From the human T2T-CHM13v2.0 reference genome, Homo sapiens: 64,000 nt of DNA. Below are positions 42,912 to 57,424 of this stretch, piece by piece. How positions within the stretch are numbered: position 1 is the first letter of the stretch; the number at the start of each line of letters is the position of its first letter. The notes below the pieces were generated by a model. The model saw only the letters and a list, made by a program, of their open reading frames with translations, did no database searches and was not told the DNA's origin. The translations under genes and the position numbers were made by a program. Where the stretch lies: the NCBI RefSeq assembly GCF_009914755.1, contig NC_060930.1; one strand, 5' to 3'.

Positions 42912-45205
42912 ACACTGCATAGTCTTGATGGAATTTTGAAATACATTAGCTCATACTATTGCCTAACAACTCTAAATAAATATTTATCTTTTGACTTTCC
43001 TTTTTATAACGTGAACCTCAAAAATATTGCTATAATTAAACTACTTGGCTCAAGGGCATTTTCTTACAACTGCATTAAAGTTCTCATAAAGTTTACATCA
43101 TGTAGCTTTGCATTACAAACCCTTCTCGGTTTCTCTTGGGTTCTGTATTGCATCACTAAATCTCACTTCATTCTTCCTCTTTCTACTTAAACCCCTTCAC
43201 TTACAATTAGACATTTGGTTATAAAATTGTCCTAAGACTTTTTTTTAACATTATCCCAATGTCATTTCCAATTTGAATGAATGTCCTTGTGTGCTGCACA
43301 GCCTTTTATCATCAGTATGCACCCGTACTGGCCAACTATGTCAGAGAAAAAAATTAAGACATCAAAGATGGGAAGAATTAAATGAGGGAGGTGGAATTTC
43401 CTGCACTGGCAGGGATGAATCTAGTGACTGCCTAGGTTTCTAAGTTTCTGTATTTATACTTTGCCTCCAGGAAATTCTCTAGCAGTTAAGCACCTGACTT
43501 TATCCAGGGACACATCTAAAAGACACACACACTGAGGTCACTTGACTGTCTTTCACAGAGTCTGTAGGGAATTTATCCTTAGCTTATGAAAAAAGTACAT
43601 GAAGTTTTGGGAAAAGGTAAGTGCTGCAAGTAATATTTAATACTCCAACATTATTATCAACCATGAGGCTTGTGTATCAATTGATATATAAGCAGAACTA
43701 AGGTGAGAAAACAAAATTTCATTAAAATGTTAATATAGGTCTATTGATTCACTTTGTCTTCTCACATTTAATTGGGTGTTTTATTTTTTAGTATATAGAT
43801 CAAGAGAATATGGAACCATGATTTTATTGTAAAATACAGTTCCTTTTTTTTCTTTTTGTTTCAGGCTATTATCAATAATTAAGTTTGGTGGGGAGATAAA
43901 AATAGGTTTTCACAGGTGTAGCCTAATAAAGAGGAATTGAAAACAGGACCAGGAACAAGTTTGTAAAACTTACAAAAGGAGATTAATTTTGATATGTCTG
44001 TATAAGATATGCTGCAGTACTTCTGTTACATAATATGCAGATGTCTACTACACAAAGCTAGTACACAGCACAGAATTATGTAAGGTGCTTTTAGTTTCAT
44101 CTATCCCAATGGATAATTTACAGACTATTAATTCCCAAACTAATAATTTACATGGTCCCCTTACTATTTTGAAATAAAATTTATTGAAAATATATCCTGA
44201 CTACACAGATATTATCTTAAAATTAATAAAGTCTTAACTGTCATAAAAATCAGAAATAAAAAAATGCCTTAAACATAAAATAATGTGACTTTCAATATGT
44301 GAACTTTTGGACACAACTACACTGAAAAATATAATGAAATGGTGAAATGCAACTACACAGAGAACCACCATGAACATTGCATCTATAAAGTACACTGGAT
44401 TAAGGGTGTTGCATTTAGGAGTCAAATGCCTAGCAACATTAATTTTTCTGATGTTCTTTTCTGAACGGAAAACAATTTAGGAGGAAATTTCAATCAAACC
44501 AAAGTATAATCATCTTCAGGGCTTTCATGGAAAATTCACAACTCTTAAACCTGTGAAAATAATTTGCTTTTATAAGCAAAATAGCAGAATATTAAAATCA
44601 TGGATAATTAGCACACTTCCTCAGTGGTATATGATTGTCTTCCGGATATCTATAATCCCTGACCCCAAACAGTTAAATAGCAGTACACTCTTCTCTAATC
44701 TACAGGACAAGGAAAGAGTCCACAGATTAAAAAAAAATGTGTTTAACTATGACAATCCTTTAAGAAACACTGACTTAAAGAGTCACTATGTGAATTCCCA
44801 TTTAGCATGTGAATGAGTTTTAATTTTGCTTGTAAGTAGGGGAAACATACTTCAAAGCAAATCTTAAGCATGACAAAGAATTAAAAACTGGATTATTTCT
44901 CTATGGGGAATAAAAATCCAGAGGTCCATCTTCTTACTTTCTTTGTGAGCACTACTCTCCCTATGCTTTAAACCACTGCTGCCTAACAGTGATATGCCAA
45001 CTGCTGATCTTATGCAAAATGTTTGTTACCAGTCTGAGGTGATGTACAGAATTTGAGAGTGATCATTTAGAAGTTTCCCAGATATTGAGCAGATTTTTAT
45101 GCCTGTTGAATCTGTTGATAACAAAGTGGGAATTGAATTTTCTATTTTTATTTCATTTTTTCTCTTAATTCATTTTTATTGTAATTTTCAAAAGTATTGG
45201 CCCCA

Positions 45206-45335
45206 TGTACTGAAACATCACATGGTACCCCATAAACATATATAATTGTTATGTCAATTATAGACACAATTTTTAAAAAAACACATTTTACTCTGTAATT
45301 ACATATAATTATTATTTGTCAATTAAAAATAAAAT
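45206..45335 (+). mobile_element. L1MA 3' terminal fragment(s)
   Basis: AAACATCACATGGTACCCCATAAACATATATAATT and AATTATTATTTGTCAATTAAAAATAAA. Confidence 0.65.
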
Positions 45336-47259
45336 TTTTTACAGACAGCTTTGGTCCATGACAGATTGGAAATACACAATGCTTATCATTCATTCCAGCT
45401 AGATGAAAAGCCTTGCCCTGGACAATATCTGTGGCTGCACTTCAGAAAGACCTCCTGAGTATCCACGTAGGATGTGAAATGACTGCCTTAGTCATATGTA
45501 CAATCTGAATTTTCTTTATAAGGGTGGAGAAAGGGTACAGAAGGAATATATCTCTTTGGATGTAAATCCATCCTGATCAAAAATAAATCTTAGAAAATAA
45601 TGGAGGCAAAAGTCCCATCTATTCTCTCCCTTGTTTTCTATTTCTCTAGTTCTGAGCATTCTTTTCCTGCTGCATACCTAGAACTGTCTCTCTCCTATTC
45701 CCCCATTACTCAGATAAGTGCTCTCTAAGAAGTCACCATACTCCATGATTAGTCTTCAGCTTTCGCCAGCTATTTAATTGGTTATCCCAGTACCTTTAGT
45801 GTTAACTAATATCCCTGGTTAATAACAAATCAGATAATTAAAAATCAATAAAACTAAAGTTGCAAATTGCAGTGTGATTATATTTCTGTAGGTATTTAAA
45901 AAAACAGTAATGTCAGCATTCTCTAGTATTGTATCTTTATTGGGGCAAATTAGGGGTCTATAGGCTATCAGAAACAATATGTTCAGAAAGCACCCTTAAA
46001 TGTTACCACTCTAAAATCTCCACATAGGCTTTGTTCTCTCTCCCTACATTTAGGTTTCAACTTGCTTCTGCTTGTCTTTCTGCAAAAAAGTATAGCTGTA
46101 GTAGTATTAACAGATGTGCTGTAAAGAATGTTCTCTTTTATAAGTTAGGGCATTAGGAAAGATGAACTTGGTACATCACAAAGGAAAATGGAGATACTGT
46201 GGTTACTAATGCATTGCTATTTTTAGAAAGTAACACCCATTTCTGTATTATGTTTGGACTTTCCAGGTTAGCAAGTAACATTTTAGAGCTTATAGACTCT
46301 CTGAAGAAGGCTGTGAAAGGAAAAAAAAAAAAGAAAGAAAGAAAGAAAAAGAAGAGGAAAAAAGAAACACATTATAAACAACCAACATGTCATAGAATTT
46401 TCGAGAATTTTTGGACCTTTGAGACTTACACAATACATGCATTAAACCAGGCTATGAATGTCTTTTCTACAGAAACAAGAAAGGGAAAAGTTGGCTTTGC
46501 AGAGAGAATGCAATGGAAAAAGAAGTCATCCATTCATAATCCTTTCAAAATCAAGAAGAGCTACATAAAATGTAGATGTACTGCCATTAAGAGCATACAC
46601 AAAGACCTGCATGCTCCACAGTTCTGTTACTGAATAAACTAGGCTAAGATAAAAACAATTTTACAAATAGGTACTGTTTAGAAGTAGTGATAATGAAATG
46701 GATATAGGTAAGTCTGTGTAGAAAAAGATGTGTTTTCGAAATGTAAATGTTATGCTTTCAAGTTATTTCTTTTCAAATAAGATGCAAGAACATTTGTGCA
46801 TTGGTTAGCATAACAATGAATCTGAATCTAGCATTTCACTTTAAAAAGCTTTATTGAGAGTGACACAAATAGAACTCTGGGGAAAATGACAAGATGCATC
46901 TTGAAGGCTAGAGATTGAAAAGGAAGAACAAAGGGTTTTATAACGAGAGAATCCTCATATCCTTAACCTATTATTTTCTGTTTAAAGGATGCATGGTGAT
47001 ATCACTTCTGGAAGCCCAGTAAGGCAACAGTGACCCATTTTCATTCCACAAAATGCCCTATCATTTCCGTACAATCAGTGGATGACTGCAAAATTAAACC
47101 ACCTAAGATTACATAATCTCATGAATCTTACATTAAGAAAGTTGCAAATATCTGCTGAAAGAGGAAGTCCCATCTAAAGAGTTACCTCTGTAATAAGACA
47201 TTTCAGAAATAGATTTTAGATCTCCATATCACTGTTTATTAAATGTGTGTGATGCATGA

Positions 47260-47267
47260 TGTGTGTG

Positions 47268-47304
<37 letters not shown>
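47260..47304 (+). repeat. (TG)n microsatellite
   Basis: Interrupted TG run. Confidence 0.9.
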
Positions 47305-47307
<3 letters not shown>

Positions 47308-47824
47308 GTATTAGATATTAAAATACTAAGCTCTAATGGGCTTAGCGGTTTGCCAAAGATAACCACTAAAGTTAAGGGAACAAATTGAAGGGGTGTCCAG
47401 CTGGGCAAGTAAGGTTGCATGCATATGTTCTTTACACCCACTTTCTACAGGAAATTCTAAGATATTTTATTTTAGTATTTCAGCTTAATCTCCATTATTT
47501 CATTGATACAGGATTAAATCATCCAAAATTGGCATACATAATTTAAATTATAACTTACATGACAATTCTCTAAAATTCCAAAGGCCTCTTTCATTCTTAA
47601 ACCTACCCACTGCAGAAACATAAATCAAATAATATAAGTTACTCAGGCAAGTAGCAGGTATTACCTAGAAGTCAACTTTTAATGACAATCAGATTGTAGA
47701 TTCTGTCATAATAAGCCTTACTGCTCTCATTTAAATTGTTCCCTATTAATCTTAAATTGTTAATAATTTATATGCGTTGATTTCTAACAAATAAGTTAGC
47801 TTCATCATTAAAAATGATTATTTC

Positions 47825-48220
47825 TGCTATGGTTTGAATGTGTCCTGAAAATTTTGGTGTTGAACCTTAATGATCAATGTAATAATTTTAAGAGGTGGGG
47901 CCTTTAAGAGGTGATTAGACCTTGAGGGATTCCCCTTTGTAAATGTTCTAAGACCCTTTTAAAAAAGGTTTTATGCGATGATCGGCTCCCTTGCTCTTTG
48001 GCCTTCTGTCATGTGAGGACACAATGTTCCTCCTCGGTGGAGGATGGAGCAACAAGGTACCATCTTGGAAGCAGAGAGCAGCCCTCAGGGAAAACCAAAC
48101 CTGCCGGCACCTTGACCTTGGACTTTCCAGACTCCAGAATTGTGAGAAAATAAATGCCTCATCTTTATGAATTACCAGTTTCAGGTATTTTTATTGTAGC
48201 AGAATAAGAGGACTAAGACA
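47825..48220 (+). mobile_element. MST (MSTB-like) MaLR solo LTR
   Basis: TGCTATGGTTTGAATGTGTCC..GAGGTGGGGCCTTTAAGAGGTGATTA..CATCTTGGAAGCAGAGAGCAGCCCTCA..GACTAAGACA. Confidence 0.9.
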
Positions 48221-48224
48221 ACGC

Positions 48225-49420
48225 CTTCTCTTTTTTGATCTTTAAATACCAGAGTTCTCCAGAGCTTAGTGTCTGCTCTACTCACTCTCTATTTTAAATA
48301 CCATCTTTCCTGATCTTGTCCAGTTTTGTAACTTTAAATACCGTCTCAATTTCAATAACTCTAACATGTGTGTCTCCTGTTAAGGTTGTTCAATGGACTC
48401 CAGATTTATATATGTAACTCCACTGATCATCTTTACCTCACTAGAAGACATCTCAAAATCAGTATGTCCAAAACTTAAATCCTGAGAATCCTTTCAAACT
48501 TTCTCACCCACAGCCTCCTCCATTTCAGTTAGTGGCACCCTATCCTCCCAGTGGCTTGGGCCAACTGCTTGACTCTTATTCTCTCATACCTTGAATGAAT
48601 CCACCATGAAATACTATTGAAATAACTTCAAAATATACCCAGAATCATTTTGCTGTTTTAAAAACTATTTTTTGGTTATTTTCATAAGCCCCTAATCTAT
48701 GTCATCAATATCACTTACCTTGATAATGAGAATAGCTTCCTAAATAATCTCTCTGATTTTTTATTAACCTTCTTCAGTCTATACAGAAGAAATAGATTGA
48801 GTGACTTTGTGGTTTGTATTTCAAAATATAAGTTGTATCATCTTATGCCTCTACTCATGTCCCTGCAAAGGCTTCCCATTCCCAATGGTGTCAAATGCTT
48901 CCTAAGGCTTCCTATGGTCTACCCTATCTCTAACTTCTGTGATCACATTTCTTTCTACTAGTCTTGTACCACTAACTCTGCTTGGTCCCACTGTGCTCTT
49001 GTCATTCCTTGAACTGACAGACACGCTCCCCCATAGAATCTTGTCTTAGCTATTGTCGTTGTTTGGAAAGCTCTTTAGACATCTGCATGGCTAACTCCAT
49101 CACATACTTAATATATGCTTTACTTTAATGTGATCTTCTTGCTGAGACTTACCCCAAATACCCCATTTAAAATTGTAGTTTGCACCCTGGATACCTACTG
49201 TGCATGTCAAATCACCTCTACCCTGTTCTTTTTCAGTATTTTTTAGTACTTATTCTCTTCCAATTTAGTACATAGCACACTTACTCTGTGTATTGCTCAT
49301 TGTTTCTCCATACATACAAACTGATATGTAATCTATATGAGGACAGGGATCTTTTCTCTTGTATGTGTCACAATGATTTCAGACAGTTTCTGCAATAGGA
49401 GACACTAAATAAGCATTTCC
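48225..49420 (+). mobile_element. L2a 3' region
   Basis: CATCTCAAAATCAGTATGTCCAAAACT, AATAGCTTCCTAAAT, GGCTTCCCATT, CTGCATGGCTAACTCC, ATGAGGACAGGGA..CACTAAATAAGCATTT. Confidence 0.8.
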
Positions 49421-51316
49421 TACTTAGAACTTTCATATATACCCTTTCTTTTAGCTTAGGGAGAATATTAGGCATTGTGGGAAGGGTAGCAGGAAGCAAT
49501 GTAAGGGAATTAAGTCAGTTAAATGGTTCCGTTTTCCATAGCCATTGTAGTGTTACCTAACGAAACATTTAAGGACAAACACTTCAATTTCATGCTTCTG
49601 TAACTGGAGTAGGTATGATATCAAAGACTATGGCATGATTTTCAAGAGGAACTCAGCCCACAGAATAAACCTGGTTAATCTCTTGAATTAAATTCATGTA
49701 AAATCTCGAATAAAAACATGCTTTATTCCAAAGTAAATATAAACTTGTTGATCGTAGAATAGAAAAATTAGACAAAATTGAAGATTTCAAAAAACAAAGA
49801 CATTTTACTCTTTAATCTTTACAATCAGACCCTAGTGACATTTAGTTGTCTTTTCTGCCATTAAAGGTATTAGAGACTGAGAACACTCTTTATGTAAGAA
49901 AATCTCTTAATTTTGGTATTTTGACTCCTAGCTTATTTTTTGTAAAGAAGAATTATATACTTTATTATTTATTTATATTGTGTCTAGGTTTTCAGGTCCC
50001 AGTTAGTGTTTGGTAGACATAAATTATGCTGGAATGCCTGCTACTGTTAACATATGTCTGCTAATGTTAGCATAATCTCTTTTTTTTGAAAATTCAACAT
50101 TGTGAAAACTAAACATTGGACTAAATAGACTTTGATATGTTACACCTTACTGACCACAAATAAATGGTTTATTGTTGAGCTGAAATGTCTCATATTTTCT
50201 TTAATTATAAATAGTTTGAGCAAAAGAACAATGGTACTTACTATTACATGCATGATAATTGGATGTATCAAAATTAACATAAATTCAGGTCTTAAAAGCC
50301 ATCATTGCTCACTACATAAGCATCAATATTTAATCTTAGCAACATTAAAATAGCTTCCTATGTATGAGTAGACAGAAGTGGAAAGTAATATTCAAGCCAT
50401 GAAATTACCAAAAACTAAATAAAAACAAAGCAATGGGTTGCTGATACTGGCCTTCATATTATTTTACTTTTAACTCACTCCAATCATGTAACATATATAT
50501 AATCCACAAAACTGCTGCTTGCCTCTTAGAAACAGATCCTGTTTGAGGGACTACACAGGATTAAGGGTTTAGTTCGGTTGGTTTCACATGTGCCAACTGA
50601 GTGTCATAATAATTTTGTACTTTATAGCTTGATGAGCCAAACTGCTCTGACAATTCTTTGCATCTTCAGTCACCAGAGGATTAGACGTAGGCTGTTATCC
50701 AAATCTCATTTAGAAAATATGTATCTCTTCTAAAATAACTCAGCCAAACTTGTTGCACAGCTTTCTTCATCCTGATAAGTAAGAGCAGAATTACATGTGA
50801 TCTCTGCTCCTCGGGAGTTCACCTTCCAAAACAGAAAAACACAATTAGGCCAATTAAGTAATCACATTTTACAGGACTAGGAAAATCACTTCATATGGAA
50901 TCCTTATTGGCACTACCGGAGTTGCTTTATATTCTTACAGGAAAAATATTTTTGAAAAGGAAAAAGGAATAATCATGTCTTACTTCTGCTTACTGAAAGA
51001 ATGTAACAGGGATTTAGCAGGTTTTCATTGATGAATGGTTTCCAGTTTGTATATATGGACCCCTGAAATATTGTTCATAAAATGTATATGCAGACCATGT
51101 GTGTTCCATAATACTAATAATGCATCCCAAACATATGATCTTTTGTCATTTTGTGTTTTCTAGTCAGCAAAAGATGGAATACATGCTTGCTCTGAACGTT
51201 TTGAAGGTCTAACAGTAGAACAAAAACTCAAAAACTTGAAAGGAAACCGCTATGGGTCCCTGAAAGAGCAGACACTATCCATTTGGTTCAACTTGGAGAT
51301 ACAGACCTTTTGCTGA

Positions 51317-51647
<331 letters not shown>

Positions 51648-52289
51648 TAATATGCAGTGTCCATACATGATACAGTTTAAGAATGTTGAAAATTCACCAT
51701 TCGTAACTTCAAAGATGTAATTATTTTTCAATAGCTTGCCAAAGAACAGAGCTGAGAAGAGTATCTTAGACATAGATTGAGGCAAATGAGAAGATATGGA
51801 GTCAAGAAAAATAGAGATAAAATTATCATTATTATTTAAAGAAGATATTGAGTTGAAAAAAATGGCAGACCAAGACAATGTGTAAATAGGACAGGTTACC
51901 AGAGACTACATTCTAAAGGTGAGAATACAGAGGCAGAGTTGACATCGAAAAGTCAGTGTTATTCTTATACTGCTCAATCATTTTGACTCCATCACTTCAT
52001 AACAAAATAAGATCAACTAATGATCATGCCATTTGCTCACTTGAAACCACAATATATTTAGAATTTATAACTCATTAAAAATAAGTCAGAAAGTCAATTT
52101 CCAAGACCTCAGTGCTATAGATAACATCTGCTAAGATTGAACTGCATGTGTGGTTCACCTATATTTACAATAATTTTCTTCTACTTTACACAAAAGACAT
52201 GTATTTTACCTATCACAAATCTTATAACGGTGACTTGCCCATAATAAGAGGCTGTAAAAATCCTGTTGGTTGACAATTGGAGGGAGAGT

Positions 52290-52705
52290 TTTGTTGCAGA
52301 CACTAGAGAGTTCATCAAATATTCCATCTATTTTCCCACATTTCTCCACTCTACCCACCCCCTATTAAGTGAAACAACAAAAATAGTTCTGAGTAATGGG
52401 CTGTGGGAAGAAGTGTTAGGTATCACTTCCATTCCAAAACATAGATGAAATAGAATGCCACTCTTCAACTGTTTTTTCTCTTGCTATAGCACCGATACCA
52501 CTGGCATTCTAAATGCTGGGATCATCATCAAACAGGGTCTCTTCATCAAACAGTGACCATGGGACTGTAGAGTGGAACATCCCCTAAGACACACACACAC
52601 ACATGTGTGTACACCAGCCTTTATCTGGCATATATGAAGAGCAATAAAAAACTGTTGTGTTAAGCCACTGAGATCTGCAGTTGTTGTTGAAGTATAGTCT
52701 TGTTA
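52290..52705 (+). mobile_element. MLT1 MaLR LTR relic
   Basis: AATGGGCTGTGGGAAGAAGTG..TCACTTCC and TGTTGTGTTAAGCCACTGAGATCTG 3' motif. Confidence 0.6.
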
Positions 52706-52939
52706 CTGTGTATACTTTCCAAGACCATATTAGTGTTATACTAGAAGAGTACTATGTGTTAATTGTTTCAAAGCAACAACTCAAGAGATGTTTTTTTCCA
52801 GATACATTTTACAGCTGAACATTAACTAGGTTAGGGCTGTTTGAGAATAAAGAGATAACTGATAATATAAGTGAATAATATGACATTATTATTTTCCTTA
52901 TTTTGCTATCAAATGGGTTTCATCAGAAGTGATTTTTGA

Positions 52940-54367
52940 AGCTGGAGACATCATGCTACCCAACTTCAAATTACATTATCAGGCTACAGTAACTAAAACA
53001 GCATGGTACTAGTACAATAACAGACACATTGAAAAATGGAACAGAATAGGTAACCCAGAAATAAAACCACACTCCTATAACCATCGAATCTTCAACAAAA
53101 CAATAAAAAACAAGCAATAAGGACTCCGTAATCAGTAAACGGAGGTAAGATAACTGGCTAGGCACATGCAGAAGAATGAAACTGAACCCCTACCTTTCAT
53201 TATATAAAAAATTAACTCAAGATGAATTAAAAATTTAAATGTAAGATCTAAAACTATAAAACTCCTAGAAGAAAACTTAGTAAATAGCCTTCTCAACATC
53301 AGCTGTGGCAAAGAATTTTTGACTAAGTCCCAAAAAGCAATTGAAAAAAGAATAAAATTGACAAATAGGGCCTAAATAAACTAAAGATTTTGTGCACAGC
53401 AAAAGAAACTATCAACAAAGTAAACAGACAACCTACAGAATGGGAGAAGACATTTGCAAACTGTGCATCTCACAAAGGTCTAATATCCTGAATTTAAGAG
53501 GAACTTAAACAAATCAAGCAAAATCAAATAACCCATTAAAAATGGGCAAGGGAGATGAACAGTCACTTCTCAAAAGAAGACATACAAGTGGGCAAAAAAA
53601 AAACATATAAAAATGCTTAGCATCATTAATCATCAGGTCAATACAAGTCAAAACCACAATGAGATACCATCTTACACTAGTCAGAATGGTGATAGCCTTT
53701 AAAAAGTGGAAGAATAACAATTGCTTGCCAGGCTTCAGAGAAATGGGAACTCTTACATTGTTGGTGGGAAGGTAAAGCAGTCCCACCACTGTGGAAATCG
53801 GTTCAGAGATTTGTCAAAGAATTTAAAACAGAGCTACCATTTGACTCAGCAGTCTCATTATTGGGTGTACACTCAAAGGAAAATAAATCATTCTGCCAAA
53901 AGATACGTGCACACATATATTCAGTGCAGTGCTATTCACAATAGCAAAGACACGGAATCAACTTAGATGCTATCAACAGTGGATTGGATAAAGAAAATGT
54001 AGTACATGTACAGCATGGGATACTACATAGCCATAAAAAGAACAAAATCACATCCTTTGCAGAAACATGCATACAGCTGGAGGCCTAAATTATCCTAAGC
54101 AAATTAATGCAGGAACAGAAAACCAAATACCACATGTTCTCATAAGTGGGAGCTAAGTATACATGGACATAAAGATGGGAATAATAGACACTGGGGACTA
54201 CTAAAATGGGGAGGGAGAAAGGAGGGGCCGATAGGGATCTCTGCTCACTACCTGGATGACAGATTCATTCACACTCCAAACCTCAGCATCACACAATATA
54301 CCCATGCAACAAACCTGCATATGTACCCACTGATTCTAAAATAAAAGTTGAAATTACTTTTTCAAAA
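52940..54367 (+). mobile_element. 5'-truncated L1PA15/16-like element
   Basis: ORF2 3' third and CTAAAATAAAAGTTGAAATT terminus; 15-bp TSD AGAAGT(G/A)ATTTTTGA at 52925 and 54368. Confidence 0.9.
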
Positions 54368-54874
54368 AGAAGTAATTTTTGATTAAGTTACAGAACGGTA
54401 TACATGTCCATGGATGATGGTGCTTGAAAAGCATCATGGATAGAGGAAGAAATTTAAATCTATATCAAGAAAAAGAAAACAAAAACATTTGCCATAATAA
54501 TACCTCCATTCCAAGTGTGAAGTTCTATTCATTTTGCCCTAATGTGGAAATTACATTTAGAGCAGCAAGTCCAATTGAAACCGTGTCTAATTAAGTTGAT
54601 TACCACCTACTATCATTTCTAAGATGCCTAACATCTTTTAGTAATGACTTAATTAGTAGCTCAGAGTGTCTTCTTATTATAAATACTGTCATTATCCTGA
54701 ATCATTTTTAAACCTTCTATCCCATCAACATCCTCAACTTCAGTGACCAATACATTCACTCTGTTTCAGCCACATGTAAATTGGCATCACCCAGAAATGT
54801 TCAATTCAAATATCTATCATTGTTGACACTATATCTTATCATTCTTGTTATTTATATGAATATATTATTTAATT

Positions 54875-56125
54875 TTTAGTTTTTTCTAATTGACAAAAAT
54901 TGCATATGTCTACCATGTAGAACATGATGTTTGGAAAATGTGTATATTGTGGAATGGCTAAATTGAGCTAATTAACATTTGTATTACTTCACATACTTAA
55001 TCATGTTTTTGTGGTGAGAAAACTTAAAATCTGTTGTTAGCAATTTTTATTTATTTATTTTATTATACTTTAAGTTTTAGGGTACATGTGCACAACGTGC
55101 AGGTTGGTTACATATGTATACATGTGCCACGTTGCTGTGCTGCACCCATTAACTCGTCATTTACATTAGGTATATCTCCTAATACTGTCCCTCCCCCCTC
55201 CCCCCACCCCATGACAGGCCCCAGTGTGTGATGTTCCCCTTCCTGTGTCCAAGTGTTCTCATTGTTCAATTCCCACCTATGAGTGCGAACATGTGGTGTT
55301 TGATTTTTTTGTCCTTGCGATAGTTTGCTGAGAATGATGGTTTCCAGCTTCATCCATGTCCCTACAAAGGACATGAACTCATCATTCTTTATGGCTGCAT
55401 AGTATTCCATGGTGTATATGTGCCACATTTTCTTAATCCAGTCTACCATTGATGGACATTTGGGTTGGTTCCAAATATTTGATATTGTGAACAGTGCCGC
55501 AATAAACATACATGTGCATGTGTCTTTATAGCAGCATGATTTATAATCCTTTGGGTATATACCCAGTAATGGGATGGCTGGGTCAAATGGTATTTCTAGT
55601 TCTAGATCCTTGAGGAATCGCCACACTGACTTCCACAATGGTTGAACTAGTTTACAGTCCCACCAACAGGGTAAAGTAGTTCCTATTTCTCCACATCCTC
55701 TCCAGCACCTGTTGTTTCCTGATTTTTTTAATGATCGCCATTCTTACTGGTGTGAGATGGTATCTCACTGTGGTTTTGATTTGCGTTTCTCTGATGGCCA
55801 GTGATGATGAGCATTTTTTCATCTGTCTGTTGGCTGCATAAATGTCTTCTTTTGAGAAGTGTCTGTTCATATCCTTCACCCACTTGTTGATGGGGTTGTT
55901 TTTTTCCTTGTAAATTTGTTTGAGTTCTTTGTAGATTCTGGATATTAGCCCTTTGTCAGATAAGTAGATTGCAAAAATTTTCTCCCATTCTTTAGGTTGC
56001 CTGTTCACTCTGATGGTAGTTTCTTTTGCTGTGCAGAAGCTTATTAATTATAGTCCCTATGTTGTACAATAGAGCTCTTAAACTTGTTCCTCTTATCTAA
56101 CTGAAATTTTGTATCCTTTAACCAA
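54875..56125 (-). mobile_element. L1MA7/8-like 3' end, split (54875-55043 and 56041-56125)
   Basis: TGTGGAATGGCTAAATTGAGCTAATTAACAT..TTTTGTGGTGAGAAAACTTAAAATCT; resumes TTATTAATTATAGTC..ATGTTGTACAATAGA..TCTAACTGAAATTTTGTATCCTTT. Confidence 0.85.
55044..56041 (-). mobile_element. 5'-truncated L1PA5/6-like element
   Basis: Minus ORFs [14 protein letters not shown].. and [29 protein letters not shown]; T-rich tail at 55044. Confidence 0.95.
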
Positions 56126-57167
56126 TGAAGTATATATGTATACTTTGATATGATTGACTATCCAATCTCTACACTACCCTACCTACTTTCTCGTTACATG
56201 TAAGTCCCACTTTACTTGACACTTTTCGACTTGTCTACTTAGAGTGTCAAAAAATATAACTGCAGCCAGTTTTTCCTCCAATATCCTGACCTCCTTTGCC
56301 CCAGGAAACAAAACATAACAAACTCACACATCGAATAACATCGTCTGACTCAACTCCTCCTATGTCTGGGTTATGAGGCATTATTAAAGAAAATAATAAA
56401 ACACACAGGTAGAGTTGTCTTTCTACATTTCATGGTCTGCAAATGTGTTTGGGTGTTTAATACAACCTAGAAATTCTTTGATGAGTGCCAAGTAATTTCT
56501 TTCTCCAATTCCACTAGTGATTATTTTTAAATGTCTAAGTTCTCGTCAAAATTTTGAAAACAAAATCATGACTTATCTGAACAGATGATTTTCACTCTCA
56601 TTCTTAGAGAAGTAATTTAATTTAAACACCTTCAAATTTATTTTCCACCATAGATAATAAATTGTTTCAAAATCACAAGGGCATCTGAACTCTTGTTGAG
56701 AGGCATTGCATTAAGAAGAGCTACTATAACTCTAATGCCTGATTTAAACAGGTGGATGAGGAGTTTTCCCTTTGTATGTCACTAGCAACATAAAACAAAT
56801 TAAGTATAATTTTTATGCATAAATATTTTTCTATAAGAATTTACAAAGGGTACATATATTATTTATTAGACTATATACAATATTTGGGATGATGATGGTA
56901 GTGATCTATTTCTCATTGTGTCTGGCTAAGTACGCCCACAATTTTTTGCAAAAGACAGAGAAACATGGAGTGACTAATGAGTGTAAGGCTTCAGAACTAT
57001 AAAAAAATATATATATATTGTTTCCCAGGACACCAGCTAAGTATAGTGTCTTCCCTGGGGAGGTAATGTGGCGTTTGTAGGTGGACAGATTTGAGTTGGA
57101 TTCCTAGTTCTACTTGAATACCTTTGGAGTAGTTTATGTTATTTCCATGAATTTCAATATAATCACC

Positions 57168-57424
57168 TTTTTCTTTTTTTTTGACTGAATCTTGCTCTGT
57201 CTGTGGCCCAGGCTGGAATGCAATGGCGCAATGGATCTTGGCTCACTTGCAAGCTCTGCCTCCCAGGTTCCAGCGATTCTTCTGCCTCAGCCTCCCTAGA
57301 AGCTGGGATTACAGGCACCCGCCACCTCACCCTGCTACTTTTTATATTTTTAGTAGAGATGGTGTTTCACCATGTTGGCCAGGCTGGTCTTGAACTCCTA
57401 ACCTCACGTGATCTGCCCACCTCT
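57168..57424 (-). mobile_element. AluS, 5'-truncated, inserted in a MIR relic
   Basis: Alu body ending at GATCTGCCCACCTC; degenerate TSD TATAATCACCTTTTT / TGTAATTACTTTTT; MIR-like flanks (57080-57150, 57450-57535). Confidence 0.88.

Noticed and set aside
43841-43930. Strong polypyrimidine acceptor (..TTTGTTTCAG) followed by AATAAA
   Set aside because: No linked upstream exon or coding frame; T-runs ending in AG are common in this AT-rich window
46199-46633. 144-aa ORF
   Set aside because: GTG start, spans an A-rich low-complexity run, and has no recognisable homology or exon structure
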